The notes under the pieces are model-generated. The model searched no databases and was not told the origin of the DNA. It was given only the letters and a program-made list of their open reading frames with translations. Both the position numbers and the translations under genes were made by a program. Shown piece by piece: positions 55,810 to 64,000 of a stretch of 64,000 nucleotides of DNA (its first letter is position 1; each line of letters begins with the position of its first letter). Origin of the DNA: Trichosphaerium sp. ATCC 40318 (lineage: Eukaryota > Protista > Tubulinea); NCBI GenBank assembly GCA_038496445.1, contig JALMLS010000418.1, positions 124,001-188,000 of the forward strand, in the 5' to 3' direction.

Positions 55810-56527
55810 TATCGGTTTACTATGCTCGCGAAAACGCTTGGTATTAGCCTAAGACCTACTTTAGTGTTGAATGTACGGCTTTATTACATGTTGTACAAGG
55901 CGTACATGTAGGAATCGTTGCCACGTGTGTTTGGAACATATCATTTATATTACTCAATTTGGTGAAAAACGGACAATACTATTGTGAATTATCCGACCGA
56001 TTAAGCTATGTACCGGTGGCACGTGGTTATAAATCTCAACCGAAAAAAAAAAAATACTCTTTTTGCCAAATACCAGCATGTTAACCGCTGACATTTAGAA
56101 CCAGAGGTCTTCATATTAAATGAATAGTAAGTTGTCATTTAGAACCAACAGCTAAATTACTTTACTTAATAGTTCCTCATCAGCGAGTATTGAACTATTG
56201 TTTATGTGTTAGTACTAATAACGGTCTGGATTAAAAAGCGGTTGGTGGGCAATAATAGATCAGTCAATTTTTTCGAGAGATTTATATCAGTACAATGTTT
56301 AGCAACCCGTGCAAGATGACTGCAGCCTTTTTACCCATTGACATGGAATGGAATAAAAAGGTACATTCAACAAACATGAATTATGCACATGCCAATCATA
56401 TATCGTGATTGATAGCAATCTAAATGATACAATCATACTTTGAAAGACGCCATTACACCTTTTAGTTTTACCACATTACATGATTGGTAAAGCGAATCAA
56501 GGTCAAAACCACAATTGATTTATTTTA

Positions 56528-56932
56528 TTATAAGGTCTCTTTACAGGGAATGTTTAAGCTCATTTTGCTTTGTACTATTCTATCAAGAGGTAGAAACTTC
56601 TTCTTCAATTCAACTCTTCTCTCAGGCGTAAGAACAAGAGCAGCAGCTTTCAAAAACTCCTCACACTTCTTAATACCAACCTCTTCAAATGCATCAAGTA
56701 CAATCTTCAAGTTCCTTTTTGCAACTATGAGCACATCTTTATCAATCTCGTTGTTTTTCAAAACTTTAAATGTTGAGGAACTATCATCTTTGTCATTGCT
56801 TTGCGTTCCTTGTTGTGAATCACGCTTTCTTTCGAGCTCTGAGCGGGATTCTAACAATTCGCGTCTTTCTTCTACTAGCTGTTTTATCTCCCTTAGAAGG
56901 ACCATCTTCTCACGAAATGCAGGTGTTGCCAT
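56528..56932 (-). CDS. Hypothetical helical protein (possible upstream exon)
   Basis: 134-aa ORF directly after an acceptor-like catatag; coiled-coil N-terminal half. Confidence 0.55.
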   Translation of the reverse strand: MATPAFREKMVLLREIKQLVEERRELLESRSELERKRDSQQGTQSNDKDDSSSTFKVLKNNEIDKDVLIVAKRNLKIVLDAFEEVGIKKCEEFLKAAALVLTPERRVELKKKFLPLDRIVQSKMSLNIPCKETL

Positions 56933-57268
56933 CTATATGAATACAATTAAAATATGGTTAAGTATACTTGCTGTGACAATCAATCATAGAAAACTCGCTT
57001 TATTCGTTTTTTATTTCATTCTACAAATAGTTTGCACTACATTCAGCGAAATTAGGCATGAGTGTTTAGGTTTTTGTACAGCAAGCCGAAAGAATTATAG
57101 CTGGTTTGCACTACTTTTAGCGAACATAGGCGGCATGTTCTATTTCTTCGAAATCCGTTCTTTTTCCTGGAGGCCTTTTGTACGACAATTTTACAGCAAA
57201 CAGCGCATTAGTCAATCGTGGCACCTCTAAACAATTTCGCTAAGTAGTGCAAACCTAGAGCGTTTACA

Positions 57269-57809
57269 ATGGAAACAAAACGCAAGGTAAAAAAGCCGTT
57301 TATCACGTGATGTTAAAAGGATGTAATAAATAGAATACTGCTCAAACACACGTTGTTAAAAATCTACTTCACCTTCCGCTTGAGTTACTGCTTGATATCA
57401 TCGGTACAGACTTTGAAGTGTATTTAAAGGTGCCTCTTTTATCAAAACAAACAGCAATGGTAACAAGGTTTGATTGTGACTTGAACAAACAAGGAAAATG
57501 GTTGAAAAAGGGAGCTGGTGGTAAACCATCAATGAGTTGTCACTTTGTACAAGGAAGAAAAGAAGGAACATTGGAATGTTGGCACAACAATGGGCAACTG
57601 ATGGAAAGGTATAATTACATCAACAATAAACGAGAAGGAGAGTATAAAAGATGGTATGAAGATGGTGAATTACACAGATTCTGTTTTTTGAAGACGATAA
57701 AATTAAAGGCGGGCTACAGTCTTTCTATAAACAGGCATGTGATAAAACTCAAGTGAATGATTCACCAGTGGCAGCTGAACGGAGTTGGTACTATATGAAC
57801 TCAAAGTAA
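57269..57809 (+). pseudogene. F-box plus MORN-variant protein, copy B (1-nt frameshift in a T-run near 57685; pseudogene or assembly error)
   Basis: Inverted duplicate of 52866-53395 with the same intron (57287-57333). Adding one T restores CFFEDDKIKGGLQSFY..SWYYMNSK*, colinear with copy A. Confidence 0.7.
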
Positions 57810-58077
57810 TGTGGTTTTGGCCAAGAAATATCTTGTTGTATGTTGTTCTATCTTCTCAGGTATGTTGCTTCATTACATGTACAACTATTTTCATTACACT
57901 ATAAGTTGTTTTGATTGTAACTCTTTCTAACTCTTTCTAGAAGCTTTCAAAGTTTTGAGAAAAACTATTATTGAACAATGAGCGATAACTATCAGTGATC
58001 TCTTTAACTGTTTTCATGATTGAGTAAATAAACAAATTCAAAATAGCTTTTGTTTATTTGCACTGTAGTCAAGTTGG

Positions 58078-58395
58078 CTTAGAATAAAAGGTGTTTATAC
58101 TTTTGTCTAACGATTCTCTTCAACTCCTCTCTTCCCTCAGGTGTTAACATTCTGCAGATTCTTCAACAAACCGATCAAATTGCTCTGGTGAAATATTTTC
58201 GAAGATATGATTGAGCTTTGCTGCTGCAACTGCCCTTCTAACTCTACGAAGATTGTCTTTGTCATAGCCTGGTTCTGTGTTACCTCTAATTAGATCCAAT
58301 ATTGTTTTTTTATGGTCTGCCATGCTTGTGTGTAGTTTGTTGATCAAGCGTTTGGAGATCTTGTATTTCAATCTAAAAAACTTAATAAAGCTCAC
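58078..58395 (-). pseudogene. Possible degraded paralog of the 56528-56932 gene
   Basis: DKDNL..IFENISPEQFDRFVEESAE, then LTPEG and EELKRIV in shifted frames, versus DKDVL..AFEEVGIKKCEEFLKAAALVLTPERRVELKKK. Confidence 0.35.
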
Positions 58396-58765
58396 TTAAA
58401 CTTAGTTTCTGCACATTGGCGTTTTTGTAAGTGTTCGAATTATAAGCTTATAACTTTTGACAAATTACAATAGTAGTCCAGATATGGAGATTGATTGTGT
58501 AAAATGATTGTTCGATGGAAAAAACTTTAAGTTGGCGCCTGTGGGACGTCACGTGCCATTCAAATGTCAGAGGTCATTTAAAAAGATTCAATCAAGGTGA
58601 AAGTCTAAGGAGAAGTATCACTATGTAATTGAGCACCACAACAAACACTGAGAGACACGACAAATGATGAGGTATCAGTTGATCAAAATTGACTTACAAA
58701 AAAAATAAATATCGTTAACTTCTTAGAAGTAGTACGGCTTGTTGTACAAACAGGCTCTCGCCATT

Positions 58766-61700
58766 ATGAGCAAACCTGTAAAGGATTTAAAACTACGCAA
58801 TAATGAATGGTCTGATCTTGAAGCGTTAATGGCTCAATACGAAACAACTCCATCAAAATCATCCCAACCTTCTCAAAAACCTACGCCAACGCGTCAACAA
58901 CCACAAAATCTGCACAATAATCGATCACATACGCAAAACGCTTCAATACGTCTGTAATGTATGTAGTGAGTATACACTAACTATTTTATAAGCCAATAGG
59001 CGGGTTTCGCAAACTTCTGTAAATACACCACAAAGACGCAATTTTTCACCACAAACTACAAGCCAATCGCGCCAAGGATTCACAAACAACCCTTCGTGCG
59101 TGTCACTACATTATTTGGCAGAATTAATTCATTGTAGACCTTACAACAACAGATATGCCTCTCAGAGCAGTAGAACAAACAATACACCGTACGTTTAATT
59201 CATTTCAAACGTATTAAGTTCATTTCAGCTCTCCTGGCGGAAGAACAAGTAATGGAAATGTTAGAGGTACAATAGATTTGAGTTTGGCGAGCCTTGGACG
59301 CTTCCAAGCTATTGGTCCACCTTCTCTTGGTAGTGTACAAAGGTTAGCACAAGTTAGAGGTGCAGGTACGACGACCTATAAATCCAACAAAGCACGTGGT
59401 TTTTTGTAAGCTTGTTTGTAGTCAAGGAATCAAACACAAAATGGCATTTTCCAAATACCAGTTATTTCTCTGTTGTGAACATACTTCGTCAGTCATGCAG
59501 TGGGGTACTTGCTATTTTTAAGTATAGACTACTTAGAGTTTACTCTTTTAAGGCTAAGCTTAATACAATACCTAATTGTACAATAAAAGCAATAATGGAG
59601 AAAGATATTAATGTCTCTTCGGAATATATTTCAGAAAATATTGCAAAGAATATAACTGATCGTTTGTACCCTTTTCAACTTGAAGGTGTAGAGTAAGGGT
59701 TGTTTCAAGAAAACCAAAGCTGACTTTTAGTAAATAGATTTGTTATACGAAAGAGAGGCAGAGCAATTATTGGAGATGAAATGGGGTTAGGAAAGGTTCG
59801 ACATTTGACAGAATTTGTTGAGAATTTTACATGTCACTTTTTTTTTTGTGCTCTTATTCGCCGATTAGACAATTCAAGCTATCGCTCTTATGAGCTACTA
59901 TAAATCAGAATGGCCTGTTTTGATACTATGCCCTTCTTCTTTGCGCCTTGCATGGGCTGATGAAGTAGAAAAGTGGCTCTGTTTGACCAGTGACCAAATT
60001 TCTGTTATAAATTCAGGCAAGGTAAAATGCTGTTGTCGCTGAGGAATGCCAAGTCTAACTCGTATATAGAACCCAAATTTTGATGCTAGCGTTGTTATCA
60101 TGAGTTACGCACTAGTTGCAAAGACCTCAGCGCTACTTCAACGAAAGAATTTCCGTGTTGTTGTTGCAGATGAGAGCCACTCTTTGAAGAATTCCAAGGT
60201 TATTGTTCTAACCTGTTTTTATCAACAAGTTCGTTAAATGAGTTCTTACATTGTACATAGACAAAACGAACACAAGAAACGATGCCTGTTCTGAAACGTG
60301 CTTCTCGAGTGTTTCTACTGACCGGGACACCAGCAGTCTCTAGACCTATTGAACTCTTTACACAGCTTGAATGTGTTAGTCCTATCTTCAGGCCTTGTTT
60401 TTTTGATTATGCGAAGCGGTACTGCGATGCAAAAGAAACAGCGTTTGGATGGAACTTTACGGTACGTGATTGTATTGATACAACGTTTGTTAAATTCGGA
60501 TTAGGGCAATTCACACAAGAACGAGCTTAACTTGATGCTTATACAATCAGTTCTTGTTAGACGTTTAAAAAAAGACGTTTTGACACAGCTACCAAAAAAG
60601 ACACGCAAAAAGGTGAATGTTTCTAAATCACGTGATATTTTTTGTAAACTTCATAAGTCCTGACTTGTTTCGTTAGGTATCAGTTCAGATTTCTAAGCAA
60701 CATACAAATACACTCAAGAAAATTGCTGCAGAACTTAAAGGCAATAAAGATGCCTTACGTGATATGTTTTCAGGGCAAACCGGCACAGAAAATTACAATG
60801 ATGCAAATTTCCATCACAAGCGCTTACTTCTGCAACTATTCCATGATATTGGTGTTGCTAAGCTTCCAGCATGCTTGGTGTTCCTTGATGAGTTGTTAAA
60901 GGTACCATAATTAATAGTTTGGGTTCACAGTTGTTTGACTTTTTCATGATAGAATGAAGGAAAGTTCCTTGTTTTCGGACATCATAGAGATGTTCTCGAT
61001 GGTTTCGATCATGCTCTTAATAAAAAGCGTGTTGGACATGTACGTTTGGATGGTAAAACAAGGCCTCAGGATAGACAAAGACGAGTGAAAATATTCCAAG
61101 AAGATCCTGATTGTAGAGTGGCTCTGTTATCTATGAGGGTAGCAGGAACAGGATTTACACTTACAGCTGTACGTCTTACACATCTTCTCAAACAAAGTTT
61201 CTAAGTCATTTAAAGGCGTCAACTGTTGTATTTGCAGAGCTAAATTGGGTTCCTGGATTACTTAAACAGTGTGAAGACCGTGCACATCGCATAGGCCAAA
61301 GGTACCTGAGGAGAAAAAAAACGTGCACTGATTTTTTTAGGGATAATGTAACTGTAATTTACTTGGTCGCTTCTAACTCTATTGATGATTTTATATTTAA
61401 AATGATACAAGACAAGCTTGAAGTACTTGGCGAAGTACTTGATGGTACTTTGTTATAATAATTATGACTTGATAGTTAACATCAAACATAGGCGAAAAAG
61501 ACAATATGAACGCAAAGAGAGAATTATCAAATATTGATCCAAATAGTAAAACAAGCGATGTATTTTTATCTTATTTACTGGATAAGATCAATACATATGA
61601 TGAGCGTAAGGTAAATGTTCAAATTACAAGGAACAAAAGTGTCTCTAGTTTTTTTTTCTTTGTTCAACAAAAAATTCTGACTCTTTGTCTCAAGGAAGCG

Positions 61701-62711
61701 ATGGATAGAAGAAAAGCTATACGCGATAGCTACCATTCAAACGCATCTCAGAGCACTGAAAGCCAAGATGTGGTGATGACCCCTCCTCCACCAAAACCTT
61801 CAAAGAAACGGAAGCTCAGCCCTCCAGAAGTTGACGATCCAGTGAAGAAACAAAAAACAAAACCTCAAGTCAGTCTTGATGGTAAGCAAGAGTTTATATT
61901 TAGAAATGGTTATATGTATTGTGTTTCTTAACAGTTTTGTTTTTCAATAGATCTATTGGACTTTGATATTGAAGAATCATGTGGTGAGAGTTCAAGCAGT
62001 AAACTTTTGGCTCTTGCAAACACAGATAGCGACAGTGATTTTTATAGGAGTAAAGTACAACAACCACAACGTAATACAGAAGATACACTTGCGACATTAA
62101 AAAGAACGAGCGAGGAAACTCCTTCTTCGCCTAGTACTACAATTAAACAACGTAAGAAGAAAACTAGAACGCCTAAAACAAAAAATATTGGACGATCCAA
62201 GAAAGTTGTCAAGAAATCACCTTCTGCTAAGCTAGGTGTATCAAGTGTTGGTAAAAACATTAAAGATGAGGTTAGAGTAAAGCCAGAGAAAGAAAAAAAG
62301 CCGGCGATAAAGAAGGAAAGCAATTTTTCTTTGGATGATTTGTTGGATATGGATTTAGAGGATACCTCGGTTTTAGGACACCGGAACGAACAAGAGACAT
62401 ACTTTGATATGCTACAAACACAAGAGCCAGAACTAGAACAAGAACCTGAGCCAGAACCGGAATTACCAAAGCCTAGAATGGCGCGAACGCCCAAAAAAGA
62501 GCCGACAACCCAAAAACAGCCCACAAAAGCCAAACGTGAACCTGAACTCGATGAGCGCACGCAACCCTCTTCTGGTAAGAAACCAAAGACACTAGATGAG
62601 TTATTGGATTGGGGATGTGGTAGTGAACAGGACAAGAGTAGTGATGAAGATGAACTGACACCTGCAAAGACTCCAACAAAAGATTTTTTTAAAAGGTTCA
62701 AATACATGTAA
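58766..62711 (+). CDS. SMARCAL1: SMARCAL1/ZRANB3-type SNF2 annealing helicase (5' end approximate)
   Basis: LYPFQLEGV; IGDEMGLGKTIQA; WPVLILCPSSLRLAW; VVADESHSLKN; LLTGTPAVSRPIELFTQL; VRRLKKDVLTQLP; KFLVFGHH; FAELNWVPGLLKQCEDRAHRIGQ. Confidence 0.88.
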
Positions 62712-62825
62712 TAAATAGAAGTTTAAAGATAAAATAACCAAACCCTGTTTTGGTCAGTTTGTTCTGGAGATATTAAATTGTAACGTTGTTGACGCTTTTC
62801 ATGTGATGTTGAGGTTACGTGGTGA

Positions 62826-62884
62826 GAGTGTTCCCGGAGGAACACTTGTGTCAGTAGAGTGTTCCCGCAGAAACACTTGTGACT
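62826..62884. repeat. Two tandem copies of a 20-bp hairpin unit
   Basis: agtgttcc-cgga-ggaacact and agtgttcc-cgca-gaaacact, each followed by tgtg. Confidence 0.75.
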
Positions 62885-63159
62885 TAGTTGTTAATTAAAT
62901 CCTTGGTGGTTAAACGCGTTTATTATTACCATTGGTTGCCCGCAATGCCGTTATGGGTACAAAACTGTCGACAGCTGAATTTTCATTTGGCTTTTTTAGG
63001 CGGACTTATTTGCGCGAAGCATGACGTTATAATACCTATTCTGTAGCAGCGCGAGCATTAAGTGGGTTACACTTTACACATTTAATTCGTAACGTACTGC
63101 TACTACAACGAAGAGAAATATATTAAGACCCATCTTACACAAGCTACGGCTATTGGTCA

Positions 63160-64000
63160 ATGGTTCAGACCACTGTTGTAGCCGTACGCATAATATTAAC
63201 CAAAAGTTTTGATCTTTCTTGCGTTTTGTTTTAAAACGGTGTACGTTGCAACCCTATTGAATGACAATAACAGGAAAGCGCTCTGTAAGAGTACAGATAT
63301 GGAACATTCAGAGTATTTATTTCAACTCGTTCTAAGAGATCCAGAAGCTTTTGAGCTATTCCAGACGTTCCTAAAATCAGAATACGCAAATGAAAACCTC
63401 GATTTCTTTTTGGCCATTGAAAGCTTCAGGAAGCATTTAAAAACAGGTACAATTACTTTATGACGCATGTTACTGACGTACAAGAAGACAATGAGAGCGC
63501 TATAGCAATTTACACTCAGTTTTTCGTGGAGGATAACATAAACGTCAGCGGACCAACAGCACAAAAGCTTGTTAATTGTTTCAAGCAGAAAAAATTCTGT
63601 AGAGACTCATTTCAGAAGGCTCAATACGAGATTTATATAAACATTGTTACAGACTTATTTAATCGCTTCCGGAACAATAAACTATGGAAAGAATTTACTT
63701 ACAAGAGGGAGAACAGTTTACAGGATATATTAAGAGATGATTGCCTGTCTGAAGTGCGCTTGGATCATTTTTCTGAACGTTTGAAGTTTCGTGCTAACCA
63801 ATTTTTTTAAATGAAGGCGTTGCGAGAGTATCTGTATGAGAACGGTAGAGAGCATGATGTTATGGATTTTATGATGTCCGTGATTGATTTTAAACAAGTA
63901 CCAGATAAGGTAAGTCAATTGAACCCGAATGGGTTTATATTGTTACCAACGCCATGTAACAATTGTCTTTAATCTATTACGCTGTTTTATTAACTAGATC
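63160..64000 (+). CDS. Tandem RGS-domain protein, 3'-truncated
   Basis: VLRDPEAFELFQTFLKSEYANENLDFFLAIESFR..AIAIYTQFF..INVS..FQKAQYEIY..DLFNRFR, then a second SLQDILRDD.. unit. Confidence 0.85.

Noticed and set aside
52577-58400. Intact endogenous giant virus or Polinton
   Set aside because: No capsid, packaging ATPase, polymerase or integrase is visible, and several genes carry host-type introns.
56484-62707. Long antisense ORFs (56484-57230, 62042-62707 and similar ones opposite coiled-coil exons)
   Set aside because: These are Ser/Phe/Leu-rich shadows of Lys/Glu-rich sense exons.

Overview
AT-rich, gene-dense eukaryotic (protist, most likely amoebozoan-type) nuclear DNA with many very short spliceosomal introns (mostly ~28-100 nt). 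The ORF track therefore shows only exon fragments; I joined genes by eye across GT/GC-AG junctions, so several end coordinates are approximate. About 25 genes are present. They include a repeat-array plus PD-(D/E)xK/RAP-like nuclease protein, a CC-tailed ubiquitin-like protein, a START protein, two RGS proteins, a PPR protein, a Tom40-like porin, a GT61 glycosyltransferase, a vWA/Cys-rich receptor kinase, an F-box protein, DUF1764, CASP, WDR7, a GH79 heparanase-like enzyme, RCC1+SAM, a giant coiled-coil fimbrin, an F-box/MORN island and SMARCAL1. The most striking non-coding signals are: (i) strong enrichment of the palindrome CACGTG, concentrated inside tiny introns; (ii) two inverted copies of a ~210-bp structured, ncRNA-like element; (iii) a second highly foldable ~230-nt intergenic segment; (iv) a hAT-like MITE. 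I found no rRNA, clear tRNA or CRISPR array.
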